The notes beneath the pieces are model-generated. The model saw nothing but the letters and a program-made list of their open reading frames with translations. It was not told where the DNA came from and did no database searches. A stretch of 57,719 bases of DNA from a virus, in the IMG/VR virus record IMGVR_UViG_3300012138_000001. The stretch is one strand, 5' to 3'. A program made the position numbers and the translations under genes. This document shows, in pieces, positions 14,756 through 22,636 of the stretch (its first letter is position 1; each line of letters starts with the position of its first letter).

Positions 14756-15720
14756 GATAATATCTCCTTCCGGTTCTGCTTATTTGCTTTGTTAACTTTT
14801 TTCTTCGACTTCGCCTTTTTTGTTCTTTTTCTCTGGTTTGTATGGCGATCATATTTGATTATGCTCCGGCTCTGAGTAAATCCATGTGCCTTTAAATACT
14901 CGCACAGGAATACCATTCCCTCGTAAGTCCAAAACGTTAGCGTCGTAACCTGTTTTTCGCCGTCGCGCTTGCTGAAAGTGCCATCCTTAAGTATCACATA
15001 GCTTTCCTTGCCCATCTTCTTGTTGATATCCCATCCACCATTGTGTGGGCAGGTAACTCCCTGTGCGTACAAATATTTGTTAAGTATGCGCGCGCTCATT
15101 CCGAATGCTTCGGCAATGGAAGTTATTGTGTAGATATTTTTAGAGACGGAACAATTTGTTGCTTCGAGGTAATAGGCCGGGTCAGGCTCGACGATGATTT
15201 CCTTCGGCTTGCCAGTCGCAAGTTCCCTCACTTCTTTCTTCAACGCTACAATGTCACTATCGTGCTCCTGAAGCTTGTCCAGCATCAGGCGAAGTCCGTC
15301 GTATATATTGTTTGCCGGCAGCTGTGTTTGTGTTGTCGCGATTGCTGCTTGCTGTGGCTGCGGGTTAAAATAGTTGTCCACAAGCTGGCGTTGGATTTTC
15401 CATGAGAGTTCATCGGTGAAGGACTTTACTATCATGAGGTAGCCGGATTGGGTGATTAAAGTAATTCCCTTTGGTGGAATCTTAAAACCGCTTATTTCCT
15501 CATTATTTTTCAATGTACGAATTTCGTCCATTGAATTTCTTTTGATAATAAAGTAATCCAAGCCCTCCGTGAAATGCACTGTATTGGAATTGAAATTTCT
15601 TCTTGCGGTTCCTGTTTTCCTATTGTGAAATCTGTCGATATCGTTAAATGTAATAACTCTTTTTCCATTACATTCTTTTGTGGATATTTCTGCATTATTA
15701 ATTTTTACTATTCCTTGCAT
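14752..15720 (-). CDS. ORF6N-domain + KilAC-domain antirepressor-like protein (322 aa) with Lys-rich tail
   Basis: KRVITFNDIDRFHNRKTGTARRNFNSN..FTEGLDYF..ITQSGYLMIVKSF; C-terminal ITSIAEAFGMSARILNKYL...; AAAGGAG RBS. Confidence 0.85.
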   Translation of the reverse strand: MQGIVKINNAEISTKECNGKRVITFNDIDRFHNRKTGTARRNFNSNTVHFTEGLDYFIIKRNSMDEIRTLKNNEEISGFKIPPKGITLITQSGYLMIVKSFTDELSWKIQRQLVDNYFNPQPQQAAIATTQTQLPANNIYDGLRLMLDKLQEHDSDIVALKKEVRELATGKPKEIIVEPDPAYYLEATNCSVSKNIYTITSIAEAFGMSARILNKYLYAQGVTCPHNGGWDINKKMGKESYVILKDGTFSKRDGEKQVTTLTFWTYEGMVFLCEYLKAHGFTQSRSIIKYDRHTNQRKRTKKAKSKKKVNKANKQNRKEILS

Positions 15721-15746
15721 AAAAATTAACTCCTTTCAAATTGTTA

Positions 15747-15775
15747 TTGAAGGAGACTTCGCTCTGTGGTATACT
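15747..15775 (+). promoter_or_regulatory. plus-strand promoter TTGAAG-17-TATACT (TG-extended) facing a terminator about 30 nt away
   Basis: Hexamers at 15747-15752 and 15770-15775; flanked by the CTCTGT/ACAGAG inverted repeat. Confidence 0.4.
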
Positions 15776-15805
15776 AATTTTTACAGAGGAACTCCTTTGT
15801 GTCAT

Positions 15806-15848
15806 AAAACAGTCCGTTATCCGACCAAAGATAACTACGGGCTGTTTT
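15806..15848. terminator. bidirectional terminator (12-bp stem)
   Basis: AAAACAGTCCGT / ACGGGCTGTTTT with T/A runs on both sides. Confidence 0.6.
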
Positions 15849-16050
15849 ATTTTACTTCACTTTCTTCAATCCATTTTTCAATATCTGTCTTATAAAACCT
15901 CCAATCTTTTCCTAATTTAAAAGCCTTAATCTTTCCAGCTTTCACAAATCTTCTCACCGTTTGTTCACTAACTTGCAAAAATTCTGCCAATTGTTGAAGT
16001 GTAACAACGTCCGGTAAATTTTCAAGACCCAACCATATCACTCCTTTCAT
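15847..16050 (-). CDS. excisionase-family (MerR-like) HTH DNA-binding protein
   Basis: VTLQQLAEFLQVSEQTVRRFVKAGKIKAFKLGKDWRFYKTDIEKWI; true start may be TTG 16029 (AAAGGAG 9 nt upstream). Confidence 0.75.
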   Translation of the reverse strand: MKGVIWLGLENLPDVVTLQQLAEFLQVSEQTVRRFVKAGKIKAFKLGKDWRFYKTDIEKWIEESEVK

Positions 16051-16121
16051 ATTTAGATCATATCATAACTATACAATACTATTCATTCATTGTCAATACT
16101 TTTTTGAAATTATTTTTCCGA

Positions 16122-16150
16122 TTGCATTTTCCCACAATCTACCATATAAT
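16122..16150 (+). promoter_or_regulatory. promoter TTGCAT-17-TATAAT for the lipoprotein gene
   Basis: Hexamers at 16122-16127 and 16145-16150. Confidence 0.6.
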
Positions 16151-16181
16151 AATTTCATCAAAAGAAAAGGGGATATAGATC

Positions 16182-16826
16182 ATGAAGAGAGTGGGAATTA
16201 TTTTCGCATTAGCGTTGATTGCCGGAACTACTACGGCCTGCGGAGGAAGTTCTCCGGCCGCGAGTACGGCAGCGCAAACGACGACCGCAGAAACAGAAGC
16301 AGAAACAGAAATTGAGACGGAAACCGAAACAGTGGCAGAGACTACTGCGAAGCCGGAGACTACTGCGGGAAAAGATGAAGAAACATTAAAAAGTGAACAA
16401 CTGGCCATTATAACTAGCGTCGGCATTGTTGAACAGAGTACAGAGTATAAATCTCTCTACCCGGACATGGTTCAATGGATACTCGAAAACAAATCAGGAA
16501 ATGTTATTAAAAATTATACGGTTTCTGTTTTGGCCTATGATGAAAATGGATATCCGGTCAAAGTTGAGGGGCAATACGACTATAAACCCGGATTTGAAAA
16601 ATCAGTGCTCGCAGAAGCGGTAAATGTTCAGCCGGACACAACTCACGGAGATGATTATGGCTATGGCCTGGGTACGAATCATGGAATCGCTTATGCAATT
16701 GTTCTTGTGAAAGAATTGGAATTTTATGATTCCGATACTTGGAAGAACCCCTATTATGATATTTGGATTAAAAAGTATAAAGAAAAACCAATTTCGCTCG
16801 ATGATTTGAATGCTATGTATAATTAG
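16182..16826 (+). CDS. lipoprotein (214 aa) with Thr/Glu/Ala-rich linker
   Basis: MKRVGIIFALALIAGTTTAC signal + lipobox-like Cys20; own promoter and terminator. Confidence 0.85.
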   Translation: MKRVGIIFALALIAGTTTACGGSSPAASTAAQTTTAETEAETEIETETETVAETTAKPETTAGKDEETLKSEQLAIITSVGIVEQSTEYKSLYPDMVQWILENKSGNVIKNYTVSVLAYDENGYPVKVEGQYDYKPGFEKSVLAEAVNVQPDTTHGDDYGYGLGTNHGIAYAIVLVKELEFYDSDTWKNPYYDIWIKKYKEKPISLDDLNAMYN

Positions 16827-16838
16827 CACGTCTTTTTT

Positions 16839-16866
16839 AAAGCCAGTGATTAAACTCACTGGCTTT
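16839..16866. terminator. bidirectional hairpin between convergent genes
   Basis: AAAGCCAGTGA / TCACTGGCTTT, 11-bp stem. Confidence 0.65.
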
Positions 16867-16884
16867 AAATTGAGTCTTATGTTT

Positions 16885-17538
16885 CTATCGTCTGTCTAAT
16901 GACAGGGATAGTTCTGGCGTTAATGTCTGATATGTTTTCTGATATTCGACTGTTGCTAAATCCTCCAACACATAAACATCCTCGCCAGTGATATGCACAT
17001 TTGTCCAATATTCCCCTTCATAATATACAATTGTTCCATCCGATAGACCTTTTAAGAGTTTGGATAATTCAATCGATCCGCACCGATACCACGTCCCCCC
17101 ATAAGGCGGCGCGCCAACGGATGAAGCGGTTTCTGCTGGACTGGCAGTATGGGCTTTCCAATAATACCCGCCATAATAGACCACGGTTCCGTTTGCCTTT
17201 CCTTTATTTATCGCATCCTGCCCGTCAGCATTGCATATTTCCCATTTAACGCCCATTTCCGAATATAATGGCGGCGGTGTGTTCGGGTCTTTCCATACGC
17301 CGTTGCTTCCTATTTGATATTCACCAATAGTGGTATCATGCGCCATTTTTCCATCATCGTAAAAATAAAACCATCCCATCGTAAAAAGCACCCATCCCGT
17401 GAGCAATTCGCCGTCTGCATTGCGGTAATACGAATCAGAACCAATGTCCTCCCATCCGGCAAACGCATTCATAACTGGTGTTGATAATAAAACAAATGCC
17501 AAAATAAAAATAGTTCCTAATTTCTTCATACCTCGCAT
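16885..17538 (-). CDS. secreted protein with CW_binding_1-type repeats and duplicated GT(V/I)VYY(G/E)G(Y/E)YW module (217 aa)
   Basis: Signal peptide MRGMKKLGTIFILAFVLLSTPVMNAFA; YYRNADGELLTGWV..WFYFYDDGKM. Confidence 0.8.
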   Translation of the reverse strand: MRGMKKLGTIFILAFVLLSTPVMNAFAGWEDIGSDSYYRNADGELLTGWVLFTMGWFYFYDDGKMAHDTTIGEYQIGSNGVWKDPNTPPPLYSEMGVKWEICNADGQDAINKGKANGTVVYYGGYYWKAHTASPAETASSVGAPPYGGTWYRCGSIELSKLLKGLSDGTIVYYEGEYWTNVHITGEDVYVLEDLATVEYQKTYQTLTPELSLSLDRR

Positions 17539-17667
17539 TCTCCTTTTCTTTTTTTCTAATTATAACAGATTGCGGAAAAATTGTCGATAGGTGGGAGACG
17601 GGAAAGCGATCCCGTCTTTTTCTTCTTTCTCAATGCAAAAAAAGTTTAAAATATCCGTAAAAACCTC

Positions 17668-17697
17668 TTGACAAACCACCGCTATCGATGGTATAAT
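17668..17697 (+). promoter_or_regulatory. near-consensus promoter TTGACA-18-TGgTATAAT
   Basis: TTGACA 17668-17673, TATAAT 17692-17697, 33 nt upstream of ATG 17730. Confidence 0.7.
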
Positions 17698-17729
17698 AAG
17701 GTATAAGATAAAGAGCGGAGGGAACAGCG

Positions 17730-18203
17730 ATGGCAAAATATACAATCAATCACACATGTGGACATAAAAGCGAAGTTGAGCTTTTTGGAAAGAACGATGG
17801 AAGAAAAAGAAAAATTGCGTATCTGGAAACCACTACATGCGCAACGTGTCTCGCAGAAGAAAAAGCCCAGGCAATCGGCGGCTGTTGGGTAGAAATGTCT
17901 TATAAGGAATACAAAGAAAACTATAGCTATTGTGAGAAAAGGAACTACGATCCCAAAACCAAAACTATCCTGGTCTTGGTAGCTCCTAAAACAAATAAGC
18001 AACTGGCCGAAGAGGAGATGAAAGAGCTGGGCATCCCTGAAAAGACAATCGAACACGCTTTCGATACGGGAAGCGTGCAATACAAAGCTATTTTCCAAAA
18101 CGCCATGGAGAAAACAAAAGGTCAAGAGCTTCCCAAGGAACAGCAAAAGGTCAAAGAAATGGCCGAAACAATAATCAGAGTATTCGAAAAATACAACTTA
18201 TAA
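17730..18203 (+). CDS. hypothetical protein (157 aa) with N-terminal HTCGH...CATC Cys/His motif
   Basis: GGAGGGAACAGCG before ATG; first gene of the plus-strand cassette. Confidence 0.75.
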   Translation: MAKYTINHTCGHKSEVELFGKNDGRKRKIAYLETTTCATCLAEEKAQAIGGCWVEMSYKEYKENYSYCEKRNYDPKTKTILVLVAPKTNKQLAEEEMKELGIPEKTIEHAFDTGSVQYKAIFQNAMEKTKGQELPKEQQKVKEMAETIIRVFEKYNL

Positions 18204-18212
18204 GGAGGAAAG

Positions 18213-18425
18213 ATGATGAAAATAAAAAACGTATGGAACATAAAGCAGCTGCCCATGAAATACGTGGCAGAACTGGAAAATGGAGAATTGGCGATGTTTA
18301 ACATAGTTCCCTTCCGCATAGTGTCGGTTGGTGAGTTAACCCCATTCAAGGGACCACACCCAACCCGCCAGAGCAGCACCGAAATGCCGGAATATTTATA
18401 CAGATTTTACGGTTTAGAAAGATAA
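18213..18425 (+). CDS. hypothetical protein (70 aa)
   Basis: AAGGAGG 4 nt before ATG. Confidence 0.65.
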   Translation: MMKIKNVWNIKQLPMKYVAELENGELAMFNIVPFRIVSVGELTPFKGPHPTRQSSTEMPEYLYRFYGLER

Positions 18426-18471
18426 ACCCTCCCGCCCCTGCCGGGTAAAGCAGGGAGAAAAGAGGATAAAA

Positions 18472-18918
18472 ATGAAAATTGATAATTTATTAAACAGGGA
18501 AATTTATTTTAGGGAACTAGATAATATCATGCAAGAAAATGGATTTTGCTCTGAGTATGAAGAAGCAATAGAAAGAAATGTCAAAAAAGACAAGTATATA
18601 ATTTATACTGAAATCAACGAAAGTGATCATACAGTTAAAATCGATTTTGAAATCATTATTGATAATGGAATAGACGAAACAGAAGAATCATTTATACTAA
18701 AAGTAACCAAAATTGAAAAAAAACGATACAAAACATGGAGCGTGGAACTAGAAGCCAACAGCTGGGATGACGAATTGTTTAATGGGAATTACGAGGAATG
18801 CGTTGATTATTGCAAAAGACATGACTATAGGATTGACGGAAAAGAAGCAAGATTGGCACAAATTCTAGTCGAAGATGACTGTGTTATTGAAACTATCGAA
18901 ATAATAAATGAGGTGTAG
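18472..18918 (+). CDS. hypothetical acidic protein (148 aa)
   Basis: GAGAAAAGAGG upstream; very AT-rich coding region. Confidence 0.7.
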   Translation: MKIDNLLNREIYFRELDNIMQENGFCSEYEEAIERNVKKDKYIIYTEINESDHTVKIDFEIIIDNGIDETEESFILKVTKIEKKRYKTWSVELEANSWDDELFNGNYEECVDYCKRHDYRIDGKEARLAQILVEDDCVIETIEIINEV

Positions 18919-18921
18919 ATA

Positions 18922-19098
18922 ATGAGCAAAATATTATTATCGGAATGGGCACGCAAAAACGGCATCAGCGATGTCACCGCTCGGCAGAAAGCGCAAAAAG
19001 GCTTTCTGAAAACTGTCGAAAAAAGCGGTAAATTTTGGCTGATTGATGAAGATGAGCCAAATGCGGATAACCGCACGAGAAAAAGAGAAGAATCGTGA
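18922..19098 (+). CDS. small putative DNA-binding protein (58 aa)
   Basis: GAGGTG 7 nt before ATG 18922; MSKILLSEWARKNGISDVTARQKAQKGFL; below the track cutoff. Confidence 0.6.
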   Translation: MSKILLSEWARKNGISDVTARQKAQKGFLKTVEKSGKFWLIDEDEPNADNRTRKREES

Positions 19099-19104
19099 AA
19101 TTAG

Positions 19105-19133
19105 TTGACATGTGCAGATATTTGACATATGAT
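19105..19133 (+). promoter_or_regulatory. promoter TTGACA-17-TATGAT overlapping a second TTGACA and a TGACA/TGTCA inverted repeat
   Basis: Hexamers at 19105-19110 and 19128-19133; about 80 nt upstream of the terminator. Confidence 0.4.
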
Positions 19134-19210
19134 AATATTGTCATCCTCGCCGACAGGAGGGTGCGGATTGAAACACAAATAGTAAAAATGTTACAAGAAA
19201 CAGGAATGAA

Positions 19211-19248
19211 TAGCGGGAACCGGACATCTGGAACCCGCTATCTTTTTA
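19211..19248 (+). terminator. rho-independent terminator ending the plus-strand cassette
   Basis: TAGCGGG...CCCGCTA stem followed by TCTTTTT. Confidence 0.6.
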
Positions 19249-19458
19249 TAAAACTCTTATAATCTTCGATTTTACTTTTTTAGACAATATATCCGCCTTG
19301 GATTTGGATATGTTCATGGCGAAAGTGATTTCTATGATACTTTTATTCCGGCTCCGAAGGTTGAAAAACTCCATTTCCTCCGACGTGAAATTGCAAAGAG
19401 CACGGAACCGCTCAATCTCCGGCGTTGTAAAATCGCATATTTTAAGCTGCTGGGCCAT
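19246..19458 (-). CDS. small sigma-70 region-4-like / HTH protein (70 aa)
   Basis: ITFAMNISKSKADILSKKVKSKI; packed after the HNH gene. Confidence 0.6.
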   Translation of the reverse strand: MAQQLKICDFTTPEIERFRALCNFTSEEMEFFNLRSRNKSIIEITFAMNISKSKADILSKKVKSKIIRVL

Positions 19459-19512
19459 TAAATTGCTCCATTCAAAGAGGATGCCGTTATTAGCATCCCT
19501 GATTTTATTTGC

Positions 19513-20295
19513 TTATTCTGCATATTCCCAATGATATCCATATGCTGTACTTTTTGTATTTTTACAACATCTAAGTATTGATCCACCAGCACCCTTTCTA
19601 TATGAATTTGCTCGCGCCGCCTCGCATGCAGATTCGTATTTGTCAATTATATTTCCTTTTTCGTCAAGTTTATTGACTTTCTTTTTATGAGTCATTCCTT
19701 TATAATCATTTAAAACCATTTCATTATCATCATTTTCATATCTCCATATATAACCACCCGCTGTCTTTTTCTTTCCTTTGCAACATTTTGCGATATGACT
19801 ATGGTCTATATTTAATTCCCTTTCGGCAATTCTTGCTCCATCCCATTTTTTAATAAATTTTCCAGATTTATCATATTGATTTAGTTTAACTGATATTTTT
19901 AATCCGGCTTTTTTATAATCCGTATTGGAAATTACTTTTTGAATACGTGTGCCATATATATTATTATATTTAACTGTACACCATTCAAGATTAAAATCAT
20001 AATTATTTTTCTTATCTTCATTCTTATGGTTTACACATGGAAGATTATCTGGATTTGGTATAAATGAATTAGCTACTAGTCGGTGAATAGTACACGTTTT
20101 CATTTTTTTATTTTTGTATAAATTGACAGTATAATAGCCACATTTATTCAAATTCGTTTTTAATATTTTTCCTTTAATTCTTTGGCCATTGTGAGCAATC
20201 CTATCAAGACTTCTGACCCGTCCGCAATTGCTGATTTGATATAGATTATCAAAGCCTTCAATGTCTTTCCAAATTTCTTCGATATTTTTTCGCAT
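19513..20295 (-). CDS. free-standing homing endonuclease: NUMOD4 + HNH_3 + two NUMOD1-like DNA-binding repeats (260 aa)
   Basis: WKDIEGFDNLYQISNCGRVRS, VNHKNEDKKNNYDFNLEW, HIAKCCKGKKKTAGGYIWRY / ILRCCKNTKSTAYGYHWEY; very AT-rich. Confidence 0.9.
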   Translation of the reverse strand: MRKNIEEIWKDIEGFDNLYQISNCGRVRSLDRIAHNGQRIKGKILKTNLNKCGYYTVNLYKNKKMKTCTIHRLVANSFIPNPDNLPCVNHKNEDKKNNYDFNLEWCTVKYNNIYGTRIQKVISNTDYKKAGLKISVKLNQYDKSGKFIKKWDGARIAERELNIDHSHIAKCCKGKKKTAGGYIWRYENDDNEMVLNDYKGMTHKKKVNKLDEKGNIIDKYESACEAARANSYRKGAGGSILRCCKNTKSTAYGYHWEYAE

Positions 20296-20396
20296 AAAAA
20301 TAAAACCATCCTTTCGTCTTTATCCTATTATTAATGCATGGAAAGCGGTTAGGATTTACCGCCTTGTCGTGTTGCAATCACTATCCATGCATATAA

Positions 20397-20425
20397 ATTA
20401 TATCACAAAAATCATAAAATAGCAA
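20397..20425 (-). promoter_or_regulatory. promoter TTGCTA-17-TATAAT (TG-extended) for the HNH gene
   Basis: Minus-strand hexamers at 20420-20425 and 20397-20402; about 100-nt leader with a 9-bp ATGCATGGA/TCCATGCAT stem. Confidence 0.55.
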
Positions 20426-20430
20426 ATATA

Positions 20431-20454
20431 AAGGATGCCGTAAATAGCATCCTT
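20431..20454. terminator. hairpin terminator after the lysis module
   Basis: AAGGATGC/GCATCCTT stem with T-rich flanks. Confidence 0.6.
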
Positions 20455-20501
20455 GGATTTATTTCTTTTTCGTTTTTGTCCCTTTAGAATTCTTGTTCTT
20501 T

Positions 20502-20852
20502 TTAGTTCTGGTTTTTGTTATTTTCGTCGTTGCCATTTATCCACTCCATAAATGCTTTCCATTGCTCTTCGGTTATGTCACTCGTTACGATATTTCCGCT
20601 CTGATTTACCGCTGTGTATACTCCTGTGGCTTCGACAGATGATACATAATCATACGATTGCCATGCATATAGCCAAATCATATTCGAGGCGAACAGCAAT
20701 ATGGCTAATATCAATATAGTTATCCATTGCCGCCTTATGGTTTCTTTGAGCTGCGTCAATATCTCCGTGGCAAAATTAATGCCCTCTATTTGCCCCTCTA
20801 ACCTTTCAAGATCATTCTCGCTCAAGCGCCTTAATCCTCCCGTCGATATCAT
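20502..20852 (-). CDS. coiled-coil + single-TM membrane protein (116 aa; start uncertain)
   Basis: LSENDLERLEGQIEG...WITILILAILLFASNMIWLYAW; XhlA-like architecture; track ORF starts at TTG 20915. Confidence 0.55.
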   Translation of the reverse strand: MISTGGLRRLSENDLERLEGQIEGINFATEILTQLKETIRRQWITILILAILLFASNMIWLYAWQSYDYVSSVEATGVYTAVNQSGNIVTSDITEEQWKAFMEWINGNDENNKNQN

Positions 20853-21090
20853 TTTTCCAATTAAACAATGTCTTGAACCGCTCTTCTGTTTGGCTATTCG
20901 CCTTTGCATTCTCAAGATTTTGCTTCTTTATCTCTTTCACGTCAACAATAAGCCCGTCAAGTTTCTGCTCGAACCTGCCCATTTCCCTAGCCTCCGTGGT
21001 TGAGCGCGTCGAACCGCTGCGCACAAACGATGCTATAGAAATTATGGCCGAAATGAACATCCCTATCAATGATATTGTAGCTACGTCCAT
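20812..21090 (-). CDS. N-terminal TM + coiled-coil protein (92 aa)
   Basis: GGTGGTGA before ATG 21090 (MDVATISLIGMFISAIISIASF...); track ORF extends to 21132. Confidence 0.6.
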   Translation of the reverse strand: MDVATISLIGMFISAIISIASFVRSGSTRSTTEAREMGRFEQKLDGLIVDVKEIKKQNLENAKANSQTEERFKTLFNWKNDIDGRIKALERE

Positions 21091-21186
21091 GTTGTCACCA
21101 CCATTATAGTTTATTTTATCTGATATGTCCATACCATTTTGTTAATGTCAACAAAATGGTTATTTAAACCTATCGAATTCGAGAGG

Positions 21187-22575
21187 TTATCCAATGCCCG
21201 GGTATTGCAGTGCGCCGTCTTTGTCGGGTGTTAGCGTGACCGGCTCCGTTGCCATTTCACCATTTTCATTCAAATAGTACCACTTCCCGCCGATGTCCTG
21301 CAATCCTTTTAGCATGGCCCCATCTGCGCCCAAATAGTACCAATGCCCGTTATGCATGTACCAGACGTTCGTAACCATCATCCCGGCTCCATCAAACCAA
21401 TACCACTTCCCGCCGTCAAGCACCCAATCATTAGACACATAGTTGCCCGTGTCGCCATTGTAATAACGCCAGCCACCATTCTCCTCGATCCATCCGGATT
21501 TCACTGTTGCGGTAATGCCGTAGTGCATTGCTATCGCGGACGCTTCTGCCTGTGCCAGCCGATCAAGATTGTTATCATCAAGCAACCAGGCCGTTGTGGC
21601 AGTGTTAGTATGAAACGAATGCTCCAGGATTAACCCCGGCGTTCCTACTGCCGTAGCCCCTCGAAGCACAGCATAATAATCACCGTTATTGCCGCTTCTA
21701 TTTTCGATTCTGGCGGCCTGTTTGGTTCCGATGTAACTTTCCACTACTTGTGCCAGCAAAAGCCCTACAGCGTCCGCGGAGTGATTTATAGCGCAATAAG
21801 CAGCGGGATAGTCGACACTATTATTGACTGTGCTTGCTACAGCATTTGAGTGATTGGAGATGAATAGATCACAACCTTTGGATGCTGCTCCGCGATCATA
21901 CAAATCCCTGTCAGTTGCCTGATTGGCGCGCGTGGTAATGACCTCAAATCCATGTTGCTGTAAGTACTTTTTTTGTAATTCTGTCAGCTTCCATGTCATG
22001 TCTGATTCATAATACCGGATGTCCGCCGGTGACTGATTATATTTTCCGTAATGTCCTGCGTCCAGACATATTTTCATCGTTTTCCCTCCACCATATTGCG
22101 TCAGATCGTTGCTCTCAATGACTGCGCATAGCTTGTCTACGTAGGCCGTGTCAGTCGCATATCCACCGGCCTTAATGATCTGCGCTGCCGTTCGGTAATT
22201 CGTGCAGCCGGAAAGACCTGCATAGCGCAAGTTATTCCCGTTCATGGCTCCCAACAAGTAATCACTGTGATCTTTGATGGACTGCGCAAGCGATTGATAC
22301 TTGCGAAAGGCTGCCGTGATCGTGTATTCGTTGCCGGCAGAATCTTGCTCCTTGGTTTCCTTGCTGTATGTGCTGCCATCCCACTCTGATGCCCATGTAT
22401 TGCCGGACAGCACGGCTTTCATGCCAAATAGGTTGCTTGCCATGACTGCCAGTTCACTAGTTCCATATGCCGATTCCAGACAGGCCTGGGCGATTGTGAC
22501 GCTTGCAAGGATGCCGGATGTCTTCATATCAGCTTGGGCAGCTTCGGCGATTAATTTTATGAATATTTGTGACAT
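21187..22575 (-). CDS. tri-modular endolysin: glucosaminidase + Amidase_3 + CW_binding_1 repeats (462 aa)
   Basis: AQACLESAYGTSELAVMASNLFGMK; ICLDAGHYGKYN...SNHSNA; GWRYYNGDTG..GKWYWFDGAGMM..GHWYYLGADGAM..GKWYYLNENGEM. Confidence 0.95.
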   Translation of the reverse strand: MSQIFIKLIAEAAQADMKTSGILASVTIAQACLESAYGTSELAVMASNLFGMKAVLSGNTWASEWDGSTYSKETKEQDSAGNEYTITAAFRKYQSLAQSIKDHSDYLLGAMNGNNLRYAGLSGCTNYRTAAQIIKAGGYATDTAYVDKLCAVIESNDLTQYGGGKTMKICLDAGHYGKYNQSPADIRYYESDMTWKLTELQKKYLQQHGFEVITTRANQATDRDLYDRGAASKGCDLFISNHSNAVASTVNNSVDYPAAYCAINHSADAVGLLLAQVVESYIGTKQAARIENRSGNNGDYYAVLRGATAVGTPGLILEHSFHTNTATTAWLLDDNNLDRLAQAEASAIAMHYGITATVKSGWIEENGGWRYYNGDTGNYVSNDWVLDGGKWYWFDGAGMMVTNVWYMHNGHWYYLGADGAMLKGLQDIGGKWYYLNENGEMATEPVTLTPDKDGALQYPGIG

Positions 22576-22636
22576 AATCCTCCGATCAAAAAGGGCCGGA
22601 ACATTCCCGACCTAATCAGCAGTTGCGATATCGCAA

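Noticed and set aside
14643-14852. 69-aa Arg/Lys-rich track ORF
   Set aside because: It overlaps the ORF6N-KilAC 3' end out of frame. The same DNA is better explained by the two RBS-coupled MTERE micro-genes.
19458-19646. 62-aa ORF inside the HNH endonuclease gene
   Set aside because: It lies out of frame within a gene that has clear NUMOD4/HNH motifs.
20365-20380. Fifth copy of the CAACACGA motif in the HNH leader as an integrase-binding site
   Set aside because: A single extra 8-mer is expected by chance in 115 kb of two-strand sequence. Only the 4-copy cluster at 9879-10107 is meaningful.
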